A stretch of DNA of 64,000 bases, from the IMG/VR virus record IMGVR_UViG_3300005512_000001, positions 96,001 through 160,000 of that record. One strand, given 5' to 3'. Within the stretch, counting starts at the first letter, position 1. Every line of letters begins with the position of its first letter. Below are positions 9,055 to 17,169 of this stretch, in pieces. Origin of the DNA: a virus. Lineage: Duplodnaviria > Caudoviricetes. The position numbers were made by a program, and so were the translations under genes. The notes beneath the pieces are model-generated. The model was not told where the DNA came from. It was given only the letters and a program-made list of their open reading frames with translations, and made no database searches.

Positions 9055-9194
9055 CTAAGCAGGGCACAAGAAATCCCTAATCTAATTAGCGTGTGGATAA
9101 ATAAAAAGGGAGGGGTTACCTCCCTTTGTGGTCCGTAATATGCTCTGTAAGAGTGGGGGGCTGCCTTCTACCGCATGATGCACCTCGTTCCAGT

Positions 9195-9302
9195 CTAGTG
9201 CTTTGTGGCGTTGTTATATCCAACCCAAATGGCAAATCCTGCCAACCAGGTGGTGAAGAGCCATTTCCAGAGTTCCAGGATTTGGTCGCAAGGAATTGCC
9301 AT
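9195..9302 (-). CDS. 35-aa membrane peptide
   Basis: TGATG coupling to the upstream gene; MAIPCDQILELWKWLFTTWLAGFAIWVGY. Confidence 0.5.
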   Translation of the reverse strand: MAIPCDQILELWKWLFTTWLAGFAIWVGYNNATKH

Positions 9303-9559
9303 CAGACCGGAACCTTGAGGCTGAGCCGGATAATCATCCCGGAAACCGTATCGCCGATATTCGTCTCTTTCGGTTCGGTGTGCCAAGACGGAGAACTGCC
9401 ACTCACGCCATGCGGCATATGGAAATTCTCGATGTGCCGGAATGTCACGTAGTCGTTGTACCCGTCGCAATGGTTGGTGGCCATCACGATATCGCCGGTC
9501 TGAACTCCCAACTTCTTGAGTTCACCTATTACGGCGTCGTAGAATTCACCCGGTTTCAT
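9302..9559 (-). CDS. hypothetical early protein
   Basis: GAGGAG RBS; ATGA overlap. Confidence 0.65.
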   Translation of the reverse strand: MKPGEFYDAVIGELKKLGVQTGDIVMATNHCDGYNDYVTFRHIENFHMPHGVSGSSPSWHTEPKETNIGDTVSGMIIRLSLKVPV

Positions 9560-9777
9560 TTGAGAATCTCCTCGGCAAGCCGTCTTTGACGGATTTGCTG
9601 CTCGGGGGTTAGGATGCTCGGACCGTAGAGTTGCTCATCGATTGCCCGCAATTGCTCCCGTTCAGAGTCAGTCAGAACCTCTTTCGCGGCCAATGCCCGT
9701 TTTTGGTCTAGTAGTTCCATAAAGGAGATGCCCGGATTCGAACCGGGCGATTGTACTTGCTGTACCCGTATCTCCAT
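9556..9777 (-). CDS. hypothetical protein (start may be 9720)
   Basis: helical ORF; 5' part overlaps the tRNA-like element. Confidence 0.5.
   Translation of the reverse strand: MEIRVQQVQSPGSNPGISFMELLDQKRALAAKEVLTDSEREQLRAIDEQLYGPSILTPEQQIRQRRLAEEILK
9723..9775 (-). other. tRNA-like minihelix (acceptor stem plus canonical T-arm, no D or anticodon arm)
   Basis: GGAGATA-N21-CCCGG TTCGAAT CCGGG-CATCTCC-T. Confidence 0.45.
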
Positions 9778-9782
9778 GAGAC

Positions 9783-9811
9783 GGGGGGAGTCCCATTTCG
9801 GGACTCCCCCC
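9783..9811 (-). terminator. hairpin downstream of paralog B
   Basis: GGGGGGAGTCCC-loop-GGGACTCCCCCC; GGAGTCCC/GGGACTCC core shared with the 4816 hairpin. Confidence 0.7.
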
Positions 9812-9819
9812 TTTGGCCG

Positions 9820-10263
9820 CTAGGCCGTGGCGGTCTCGGCTTCCTCGACCGGGGCATCGGCGTCGTCCGGTTCGGGGTCGGTGGTGTCGGCGGCGATCGA
9901 CTCCAGGACGATGAAGTCGGAGACCTTACCGGGCGCGTAGCCCTTCTTGGTCCACGCCTTCCACTTGTCGGAGTCGGGGGCCGGGAGCGGGTGCGTCATG
10001 CACTCGGCGTCGTAGCCCTTGCCGAGTCGCTGTTCGTCGCCCGAACCGTAGACGTTGGCCGACGTGAAGGTGTTCTCCTGGCGGTTGATCGCCAAGATGG
10101 ACACGGCGGCAGTGCCGAAATCGTGGTCCATGCCCTTGACCAGCACTTCGGAGGCCGGGATGGGCTTCCCGAGGATGCCAAACCGCTTGCGGGCTTGGGC
10201 CTTCGAGAGGCTGGGGGTCTCGGGGATTTCGACGGTCTCGGTCTTCGCGTTCTTCCTCGGCAT
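9820..10263 (-). CDS. early protein, paralog B
   Basis: AGGAG RBS, two promoter motifs upstream, very high GC3; paralog of 4875-5228. Confidence 0.85.
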   Translation of the reverse strand: MPRKNAKTETVEIPETPSLSKAQARKRFGILGKPIPASEVLVKGMDHDFGTAAVSILAINRQENTFTSANVYGSGDEQRLGKGYDAECMTHPLPAPDSDKWKAWTKKGYAPGKVSDFIVLESIAADTTDPEPDDADAPVEEAETATA

Positions 10264-10381
10264 GGTTGAATCTCCTATATCGTCAACCGTGTTATCAAAG
10301 GGGCGGCGTTCGCCCCGCATCTCTTTGTGTCGCACCGTTCGCTGCCGGTCAATTGCCAGTGAAGGTCGTCGTTGTCTCCAA

Positions 10382-11073
10382 TTCCCGACAAAAAGTGGTG
10401 TTGCGCCAGCCGGTCGCGGTCAATTGGGTGGTTGGTGGGACAACTGGGTATTTAGATCGGTGCCCCAGTGGCCTTGAACTCGGCCCAGAATTCATCACTC
10501 CACTCCTCGTATTCAACTACCGAATCATCGGCGTTGATGACTGCCTCCGCGAGATCTGAGGCGTCGAGGAAGTCGTAAAGGTCTCGCCTGTTAACGCCAT
10601 CCTCACCAGCGTGGAGGATATCGAGTTTGCCATTCTCCACCCCGCAATACGCCCATCCGGGACCAAATCCAACCCATACATCGATCGGAATCATGGCTCT
10701 GGCATCATCCTCTTGGGGTGATTTCACCCATCCGAAGTTGCTGACTCGGAATTTCCCCCCATCGGCTCGGATCAGGACGTTGGGGAATGCCGGTCGGCTA
10801 TGTCCCATGTACAACTTGTCGCCATTGTCGAATTCCACATAGGCATAACATTCATGGCCTCGTACTTTTGTCGCTTTCATCCCAATCTCCTAGAAGTGGT
10901 GGTCTTTCGCTCGGTTTTATAGTGTCGCGCCAGCTCACGCCGGCCAATTGGGTATTTCCCACCTAACTACGAGCTGCCCCGTCCTCAGTTAACGTCGCCT
11001 TATCCGTTCGTGAACCACCCCAAATGCCCTTCCCGACAAAAAGTGGTGTTGCGCCAGCCGGTCGCGGTCAATT
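10382..11073. repeat. identical 44-bp direct repeats (10382-10425, 11030-11073) flanking one gene cassette
   Basis: TTCCCGACAAAAAGTGGTGTTGCGCCAGCCGGTCGCGGTCAATT twice. Confidence 0.92.
10452..10880 (-). CDS. hypothetical early protein
   Basis: AGGAG RBS, own promoter motif at 10919-10947. Confidence 0.75.
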   Translation of the reverse strand: MKATKVRGHECYAYVEFDNGDKLYMGHSRPAFPNVLIRADGGKFRVSNFGWVKSPQEDDARAMIPIDVWVGFGPGWAYCGVENGKLDILHAGEDGVNRRDLYDFLDASDLAEAVINADDSVVEYEEWSDEFWAEFKATGAPI

Positions 11074-11224
11074 ACTTGGACCCTGCTTAGGGGAAGGAAT
11101 ACATGGGTATATGGGTAACTATGGGGGAATACATGGGTATTCCTCGGGTAGTACATTAAGTGTTTTTCCGACGCGTAATATATTTCCGCGTGAAGGGTTT
11201 GGATATTTGTTATCCAGTATTTTT

Positions 11225-11265
11225 AGCGTCAGCGTCAGCGTCAGCGTCAGCGTCAGCGTCAGCGT
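11225..11265. repeat. hexamer microsatellite (AGCGTC)6+
   Basis: seen directly. Confidence 0.95.
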
Positions 11266-11498
11266 TGGAAACGATGGAAACGACGAGGGTCCACTGGGTC
11301 CACCCGCCATATGACATACATTAGAATCATTGCGATTAACCCACCAGACCCAGCAAAGCAAAGTTGCAATGCCATAAATGTATCACTAGAATCCCACGGC
11401 ATGTCCTCATACCAAGACACACGAAGATATAGCATCATATTAATAGCGGCGACCGAACCACTAAACCATGCTATGCAGATGGCTATCAGTATGGACAA
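11259..11498 (-). CDS. small two-TM membrane protein
   Basis: two hydrophobic segments. Confidence 0.5.
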   Translation of the reverse strand: MSILIAICIAWFSGSVAAINMMLYLRVSWYEDMPWDSSDTFMALQLCFAGSGGLIAMILMYVIWRVDPVDPRRFHRFQR

Positions 11499-11554
11499 CG
11501 TTGGTTCCCCTCGTCGTTTCCATCGTTTCCGTCGTTTCCATCGTTTCCATCGTT
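11267..11554. repeat. 23-bp inverted repeat (11267-11289 / 11508-11530) built from GGAAACGAT 9-mers
   Basis: GGAAACGATGGAAACGACGAGGG and its reverse complement; extra 9-mers to 11554. Confidence 0.85.
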
Positions 11555-11878
11555 GATGTCTTTCATAAAACGATGAAGAAGATTAAGGTAATCATAACAT
11601 GCTATATCTAAAGATTCTTCATCGTGTATTGTTTCCAATAATGTTTCATGCAGGCACGACGCATAAGCATTCAGCCGCAGTGTCCTAGGGCTATTCATAA
11701 TATACCAAATCTTCTCTAAGCCGCCAAATTCCCACGCCCACATAAAAAATACCATATTGCCATTATAGTCGCGCAATCTTTGCAACATATCAGCTATGCA
11801 GCTAAGAAGAGCATCAACCATGTCTTCTGTGTGTTCTGTGTGTTCTGTGTGTTCTGTGTCTTTTGTGTGTTCATTCAT
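11486..11878 (-). CDS. hypothetical protein with TEH and GND microrepeats
   Basis: likely start MNEHTKD; 9-bp repeats at about 11824-11858. Confidence 0.45.
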   Translation of the reverse strand: MNEHTKDTEHTEHTEHTEDMVDALLSCIADMLQRLRDYNGNMVFFMWAWEFGGLEKIWYIMNSPRTLRLNAYASCLHETLLETIHDEESLDIACYDYLNLLHRFMKDINDGNDGNDGNDGNDEGNQRCPY

Positions 11879-12086
11879 CTCGTTCAAATTGCACCACCAA
11901 ACTAATATAAATAGCGCAAGATAATGGCCCAAATATGAATGATATTATGCTGAAGAATACATCGTCGATGGAGTCCGGATGATTATGGCCCCAAGTTATG
12001 CCATACCGTATATGCATCCACACCAATAGCCCAAAGGCGAGCATCCCAAAACTGAACCAATAGATAATAAACCAAGCAGGTGGCAT
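11871..12086 (-). CDS. small membrane protein
   Basis: hydrophobic; GGA RBS. Confidence 0.55.
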   Translation of the reverse strand: MPPAWFIIYWFSFGMLAFGLLVWMHIRYGITWGHNHPDSIDDVFFSIISFIFGPLSCAIYISLVVQFERDE

Positions 12087-12087
12087 A

Positions 12088-12525
12088 TTATTCCACTAAC
12101 ATCTTCAGGCAATTGAGTGTAGGTGCCATTGCGTCAGCGAGACAGCAGAGAGATATTATAACACAGGCAACAAAGCCTCCTGTATACACTAGACCAATAA
12201 GCACCATATGTGCACCAGCATTGCATATGGTCTCTTGCTTACGCCAAACCGTACCACAGTGCTTATCCCTCATTTCTTGTGTAATAGTTGCATCAAAGGC
12301 CCCACGCAAGTCTTTTATGCGCCGATGCATTACTTTAATGCTCCTACGCCCAATAACAGCAATTATTATTGCGAGCAGACCTAGACCCGCCGCAAATACT
12401 AGCTGCCTGTTCTGGTACTCCTGAATCACTTGCTGACATAAAGGTGCAGCTGCATTCGCCGCATCACCAAGCTTGTCTGCTACTTTGTCGATAACTTCGT
12501 TTACTTGTTCTGCTGGCGACCCCAT
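12088..12525 (-). CDS. two-TM membrane protein
   Basis: AGGAG RBS. Confidence 0.65.
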   Translation of the reverse strand: MGSPAEQVNEVIDKVADKLGDAANAAAPLCQQVIQEYQNRQLVFAAGLGLLAIIIAVIGRRSIKVMHRRIKDLRGAFDATITQEMRDKHCGTVWRKQETICNAGAHMVLIGLVYTGGFVACVIISLCCLADAMAPTLNCLKMLVE

Positions 12526-12596
12526 TTACGTCTCCTGTGCTGGTTGCTGGTTTCTGGGTATCTAATTGATTCGCTCAATTATGTTGCCTCGAAGAG

Positions 12597-12911
12597 TTAT
12601 TCTGGGCAACTATATGCTTCCTCAATTTCATTAATGCTAGCAATCTGGTCTATAGCATCGCCATATCGGATGCCCGGAATGGCCTTTTCTAAATCCAGGA
12701 ATTCTACAACACCAACCATCCATTTGCCGTTAACGCGAACCAAGACCTCCTGGCCCTCATTCAGGTTAGCACTGGTGAGGTTTAATTCTTGGAATTGGAC
12801 ACCCTGGCAGGCTGTGCAAATGCAGCACCGACAAGAAGGGGAATCCCCACTGGTGCTCTCCATATTGTTGTAATAAGTGCTGCCGCATCTTACACATGTA
12901 AATTGTGACAT
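12597..12911 (-). CDS. zinc-ribbon protein
   Basis: CVRC...CTAC; AGGAG RBS. Confidence 0.65.
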   Translation of the reverse strand: MSQFTCVRCGSTYYNNMESTSGDSPSCRCCICTACQGVQFQELNLTSANLNEGQEVLVRVNGKWMVGVVEFLDLEKAIPGIRYGDAIDQIASINEIEEAYSCPE

Positions 12912-13093
12912 TGTGGTCTCCTAACGTTTTAAAGTGGCCCAAAAATCAAAATACATCAAAGAATGTTTGGCATTACAACGTTACGGTCGAGAGGAAGAAA
13001 AAAGAGTTTCTTTATTGTAGTAATTTATAATCTAGGCACCTACCATTTCATTAGCAAAGATGCAAATAGATTCAGCAGAATAACAGGTATTCG

Positions 13094-13546
13094 TTATTCA
13101 ATTACTTCCAAAGTATTCAACAGAATTTGTTTAAGCTCATCAGAAAATCCAAACCTATTCTGATTTATTTCAATACTCTTGCGAATATCCCCGTCGTTGT
13201 GTCGCAAAGTTGCAGCTTTCCAATCGCACAGCATTTCAACGATATCAATAAGGTTCATACCTTTAACACCATCTTCAAAATGCTCCGGATGATGCCTATT
13301 AGTGGCGTAGTGGTGGTCTAGGGCAGGCTTCATAGCTTTCAAGTACTTCTGATATTCATCAGACCCATAAGTGCAACCGGCGAGCTTCGGAGTATACTCG
13401 TTGAATGTCGAAAGCTCGGGTTCTTGTAACTTAGAGGCATCATGGATAGGACGCCTCGCAGTTAATGCGATTCCCATTTTAAAAAGAAGTTCTTGTACAT
13501 GGTCAATATGCTCTCGGGTGGCAGGTCTGGAATCTTCTTCTGTCAT
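13094..13546 (-). CDS. DUF5662-family HD-like protein
   Basis: HI..V, HDASK, HHY..NRHHPEH, DIVEMLCDW. Confidence 0.8.
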   Translation of the reverse strand: MTEEDSRPATREHIDHVQELLFKMGIALTARRPIHDASKLQEPELSTFNEYTPKLAGCTYGSDEYQKYLKAMKPALDHHYATNRHHPEHFEDGVKGMNLIDIVEMLCDWKAATLRHNDGDIRKSIEINQNRFGFSDELKQILLNTLEVIE

Positions 13547-13598
13547 AATATATCCTAAATTATGGATTGATTTTCTTGGGTCCCATCAATATGGGATT

Positions 13599-13961
13599 TT
13601 AGTTGCCCATTGCGGCTATTGCTTTTATAATGTTTTCCCGACTTGCTAGAATTTCTGGTCTTATTCGCATGTCTTCGACAAATTCGCCCACCAAAAAACC
13701 AAGATGATAATGGGTTGTGTGGTCTATTGGGTCGTCAATAAAATGAATTCCATTACGCCCATAATATACTATTAGGCAGCCAGTTATATCTTCGTCCACT
13801 AATATATCATATGGGCATATTTGCTCCATGCGTAATAGGAACACATTCGGCACAACAGATGGGTCTGTAACATCTAAAAAATGATTATCTTCAATTCTAT
13901 AAAATTCAACCGACTCGATAGCAAAAATGGGGTCGTCTACTATTTGTGGAATTTTAATCAT
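13599..13961 (-). CDS. hypothetical protein
   Basis: part of a tightly packed minus-strand operon. Confidence 0.6.
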   Translation of the reverse strand: MIKIPQIVDDPIFAIESVEFYRIEDNHFLDVTDPSVVPNVFLLRMEQICPYDILVDEDITGCLIVYYGRNGIHFIDDPIDHTTHYHLGFLVGEFVEDMRIRPEILASRENIIKAIAAMGN

Positions 13962-13964
13962 AAC

Positions 13965-14285
13965 TTATGTTTCTAGTGACCTAATATTATTAATATGCTC
14001 TTCTCGGCATATTAAATTAATACCAAATTTCTCAGCAAATTTCCTATCGCTGAATATCCGCCTTAGAAAGTCCACATCAGCAATTTCATCCTTAGAATCG
14101 AAATTATCAGGTGCCCACCAGGTTGTGTTATCATTTTGGCACTCTAATACAATGCTACCGTCGGGAACTTCGAATTCATATTGTGTATCACGCTCGTGGT
14201 TATAATTTAGATTGATTTCTATGATTTCATATAGATTAAAGACGCTGCGGCCAACTTTTATAAAGGCTGGTTTTCTTTCTGGCAT
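13965..14285 (-). CDS. hypothetical protein
   Basis: part of a tightly packed minus-strand operon. Confidence 0.6.
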   Translation of the reverse strand: MPERKPAFIKVGRSVFNLYEIIEINLNYNHERDTQYEFEVPDGSIVLECQNDNTTWWAPDNFDSKDEIADVDFLRRIFSDRKFAEKFGINLICREEHINNIRSLET

Positions 14286-14287
14286 GA

Positions 14288-14725
14288 TTATGTAATCTCT
14301 AATGCGTTAAAACGAGAAGCGGCCTTTGATTTCTTGCGTTTGTACCGAACACGTTTTTTCTTTTCTATTGGGTCTACATCTTTTCGCCTATCGTGTTTAT
14401 TGTTGAAGAATTTAGAACGCTTAGCACCACTTTTTATTCTTGACGAAATATTAGCCCTAGCGTGGTCTGGTCGTAATGTGGTTTTTATGACAATCACATC
14501 AGGCGTCGGGGCACAAACAAACACTACATTACTATTGGTTTTTTCGCAACGTGACATAACAAGAAAGTCATCAGAAGCTTGTCCACCACCCCATAATACG
14601 CCTTGGTAATACATTGCCCGCATTATGCCACAAACATTTATTCTAGCTAAATCTGGCATAATCTCTTTAAACCGTTCAGCAGCATGTCTAGACGCTATGA
14701 TTGGCTTATTCGTGGGTTTATCCAC
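14288..14725 (-). CDS. hypothetical protein with HAxER motif (RelE-like nuclease fold possible)
   Basis: GGAGG RBS before GTG at 14725; SRHAAERF...VIKT. Confidence 0.5.
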   Translation of the reverse strand: MDKPTNKPIIASRHAAERFKEIMPDLARINVCGIMRAMYYQGVLWGGGQASDDFLVMSRCEKTNSNVVFVCAPTPDVIVIKTTLRPDHARANISSRIKSGAKRSKFFNNKHDRRKDVDPIEKKKRVRYKRKKSKAASRFNALEIT

Positions 14726-15041
14726 GATGCACCTCCGAATCAGCCCAACCTGCGACCTTGTTGCGTGCATCTTTAAGCAGACAGACTGCTTCGGTGAGCA
14801 ACTCGTGCTGTCCAGCCTGCTCCACCACATCAATAGCTATATTAATTGCTTTTTCTTGCTCTGTTAATTGGTTCTCACCCAAACGCTTAGGCGATGCGTC
14901 TGGCTCTATAACCGGCTCTACTAGACGTGGAAACACACCTCTTGCTCTAATTTTCGCAGTAGCTTCTAATCTATCTGTGGCTCGGATAGTATCCATAATT
15001 GTGCCGCCTGTTGAATCTATTGCCTCAAATTTAAATAACAT
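14718..15041 (-). CDS. small protein beginning with a PilC/GspF N-terminal-like motif
   Basis: AAGGAG RBS; MLFKFEAIDSTGGTIMDTIRATDRLEATAKIRARGVFP. Confidence 0.65.
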   Translation of the reverse strand: MLFKFEAIDSTGGTIMDTIRATDRLEATAKIRARGVFPRLVEPVIEPDASPKRLGENQLTEQEKAINIAIDVVEQAGQHELLTEAVCLLKDARNKVAGWADSEVHRG

Positions 15042-15055
15042 TTTAAACTCTCCTT

Positions 15056-15385
15056 TTAAAATGCAACTACTAGTAGTTGGCATATATGCAATGCTTGGTC
15101 TATGCACAAATGCCTGAGGAATTTCGTGTTATCTTGTTGTTGTACCTTCCAGCTGTCAATAACGAAGTGCCCGACAACCAGGAAGGGAATCTTTTGCCAC
15201 ACTAAGACTTTAAAGATTGCTAAAGGTATGCAAACAATCCCAGCCCAAGCAATACAATGTGCTAACATTATTATCGAATGTTTCCCTTTATTAGTAGCCA
15301 CATAGTCGCCTTGAATGCACCAGTCAGCAATGACATGTGCCACAAGTAACCACCATAATAGCCATATTATCATTTCTGCTGTCAT
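15056..15385 (-). CDS. DUF3307-family membrane protein
   Basis: HVIADW..Q...A..K, HFVID, DQALH. Confidence 0.8.
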   Translation of the reverse strand: MTAEMIIWLLWWLLVAHVIADWCIQGDYVATNKGKHSIIMLAHCIAWAGIVCIPLAIFKVLVWQKIPFLVVGHFVIDSWKVQQQDNTKFLRHLCIDQALHICQLLVVAF

Positions 15386-15471
15386 TTTTCTCGCTCCTGC
15401 TATTAGTGCCGCCGAATATTGTTGACAGAAACTACCAACCTATTGTAACAATACTGCGAATAATTGTTTTA

Positions 15472-15831
15472 ATGTGTTTTAGTATTGTGCGCAAGATTAA
15501 TTGGAGAAAATTCAAACCCGTTAGGACAGTCCATATCGATTGCATTAGAAATATTGATATAGTGGCCTATGACCAAAAAGGTCGATTATATGAAAAAGAT
15601 TTAGCAAACCCAAACGACCCCATGCCTATGTTGTTTTGGGCATGCATTATGCCTCTTGGAAATTGGTTGCCGATAGATATTGGTTTTAACTATGATGGGT
15701 ATGTTTTTGGGTGGCGGGGCAAAAGATTGTCATCATTGCCTGAGCACGAATATTATTGGAGGGAATGTGTGTGGTTTACTGAAGGCGATAGGGATTTTAT
15801 GTTCAATAGCTTCACAAAAGAGATGTTTTAA
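15472..15831 (+). CDS. hypothetical protein
   Basis: probable internal ATG of ORF 15337-15831. Confidence 0.45.
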   Translation: MCFSIVRKINWRKFKPVRTVHIDCIRNIDIVAYDQKGRLYEKDLANPNDPMPMLFWACIMPLGNWLPIDIGFNYDGYVFGWRGKRLSSLPEHEYYWRECVWFTEGDRDFMFNSFTKEMF

Positions 15832-16133
15832 CCACTCTCTTTTGCTTTTTTGCCAGCTGATTCCATTTTTGCAAGTCTTGTGTAATAATCTGGCAATTCT
15901 TTGAGATGGGCAAGAGCGATTTTGCCAGTCGCTACTAAATCATCATCAGTAACGTTAGTCTGCTCATCTTTAGTCCCGTGTTCTAATTCCACTTCCATCC
16001 CCATGCGGAATTCTTCTAAGTCATATTGGCCCCAATCAATGCCCATTTCATTACCAACTTCTTTGGCCTGCTCAGCGGTAAATTTACCACTCATCTGGTC
16101 AGCTACATCTTGTGGTGTGTTTGGGTAGCCCAT
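15828..16133 (-). CDS. DUF5661-family protein
   Basis: FRMGMEVELEHG..TNVTDDD...GKIALAHLKELPDYYTRL. Confidence 0.85.
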   Translation of the reverse strand: MGYPNTPQDVADQMSGKFTAEQAKEVGNEMGIDWGQYDLEEFRMGMEVELEHGTKDEQTNVTDDDLVATGKIALAHLKELPDYYTRLAKMESAGKKAKESG

Positions 16134-16172
16134 ATTATATTTTTGATGCCGATTAACCAAATATATAATATA

Positions 16173-16652
16173 ATGAAATGCAAAAGAATATCCGGATTCG
16201 AGAACGAGTATGTTGTTTCTAGGAATGGACGTGTATTTAGGAAGCTCAAGAATGGGCATAGTGAAATCTCCCCATCTACTAATGAAGATGGCTACAGGAC
16301 TGTTGTGCTATATAAAGATGGGGAACCAACATTTAGATATGTGCATGATCTCGTTGCACAATCTTGGATGGATAACCCAGATAGCAAGGGATATGTGAAC
16401 CATAAAGATGGCGATAAATCTAATAATAACGGAGATAATTTAGAATTTGCCGATGCCTCAGAAAACACTAAACACGCTTACGATAAAGGTTTGGCCAAAG
16501 GCCCAAAAGGTGAAACCAACGGTAAATCTAAGTTAACCAAAGCACAAGTCGCTAAAATACGAAGTTCAAAAGAGTCAGGGGTTAAATTGGCGGACATGCA
16601 TAATGTCGATCCAGCGACGATCAGCTTAATCCGGAACAAGCGTAGGTGGTGA
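16173..16652 (+). CDS. NUMOD4/HNH homing endonuclease with C-terminal HTH
   Basis: YVVSRNGRV, YVHDLVA, VNHKDGDKSNN...NLE...EN..HA, KLT...V..IR. Confidence 0.9.
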   Translation: MKCKRISGFENEYVVSRNGRVFRKLKNGHSEISPSTNEDGYRTVVLYKDGEPTFRYVHDLVAQSWMDNPDSKGYVNHKDGDKSNNNGDNLEFADASENTKHAYDKGLAKGPKGETNGKSKLTKAQVAKIRSSKESGVKLADMHNVDPATISLIRNKRRW

Positions 16653-16799
16653 ATCCTTTTTTAGAAGCGGGCATATACTCTTTGCATCCTCATAAGACTT
16701 GATGTTAGGTTCTTCTTTGCATCCCACCAAAACAAACGAATTCGTTTTGGTGTCTTCACACACCCTGCTTGCACACTTCCAGCAAAATGGTATTCTCAT
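16626..16799 (-). CDS. small Cys-rich protein
   Basis: GGAG RBS; CWKC...C...C. Confidence 0.5.
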   Translation of the reverse strand: MRIPFCWKCASRVCEDTKTNSFVLVGCKEEPNIKSYEDAKSICPLLKKDSPPTLVPD

Positions 16800-16959
16800 T
16801 ATGTCTCCAACTTCGCAATAGTTGTCCAATGTCCAGATTATTGAAGCACAATAATCTTTAGTTTTTTATTTGTATTTATATTATTGTCCTATCTTTGTAA
16901 CACACAACAGCATAAAAGACAATTATGAAGTCATACCTAATAATTTAACGGAGTGCGAC

Positions 16960-17169
16960 ATGCCTGAAGGTATCATTTCTGTGACTTTGAACAAAAATTG
17001 TAATTATTGTGGCAACCCAATTACAACTAGTTGTATAACAAAAGATGATGCTGAAAGACTCGAAAATACCCTTGAAGAAGACTTATGCGACTTTTATTTA
17101 TGTGATAAGTGTGTCATAGATGCATTGTTATTAATAGGTGATTCAAAATCTATTTGCCATTTACAATAG
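16960..17169 (+). CDS. small zinc-finger protein
   Basis: GGAG RBS; CNYC...CDKC. Confidence 0.5.
   Translation: MPEGIISVTLNKNCNYCGNPITTSCITKDDAERLENTLEEDLCDFYLCDKCVIDALLLIGDSKSICHLQ

Larger units (their letters stand above)
5287..11071 (-). promoter_or_regulatory. family of 11 early-promoter-like motifs TTGNCN-N17-CACNNN
   Basis: minus strand at 5287-5315, 6737-6765, 7947-7975, 8393-8421, 8717-8745, 8973-9001, 10324-10352, 10395-10423, 10919-10947, 11043-11071; plus strand at 5424-5452; spacer always 17 nt. Confidence 0.75.
4468..11090. repeat. dispersed degenerate ~20-bp repeat (TTGACATNCACNCTGCTTAG-like), at least 12 copies
   Basis: starts near 4480, 4512, 4538, 5359, 5390, 5817(rc), 5872, 5908, 5933, 8437, 8461, 9055(rc), 9082(rc), 11071; 4468-4499 vs 8425-8456 match at 31/32. 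Confidence 0.7.

Noticed and set aside
4783-10842. Many plus-strand ORFs in the GC-rich region (e.g. 7305-7955, 9751-10269)
   Set aside because: They are shadows of high-GC3 minus-strand genes, which have the RBSs, promoter motifs and terminators.
13094-13546. DatZ partner of PurZ
   Set aside because: Motifs match DUF5662 rather than DatZ and the gene is 27 kb away; a role cannot be excluded but is unsupported.
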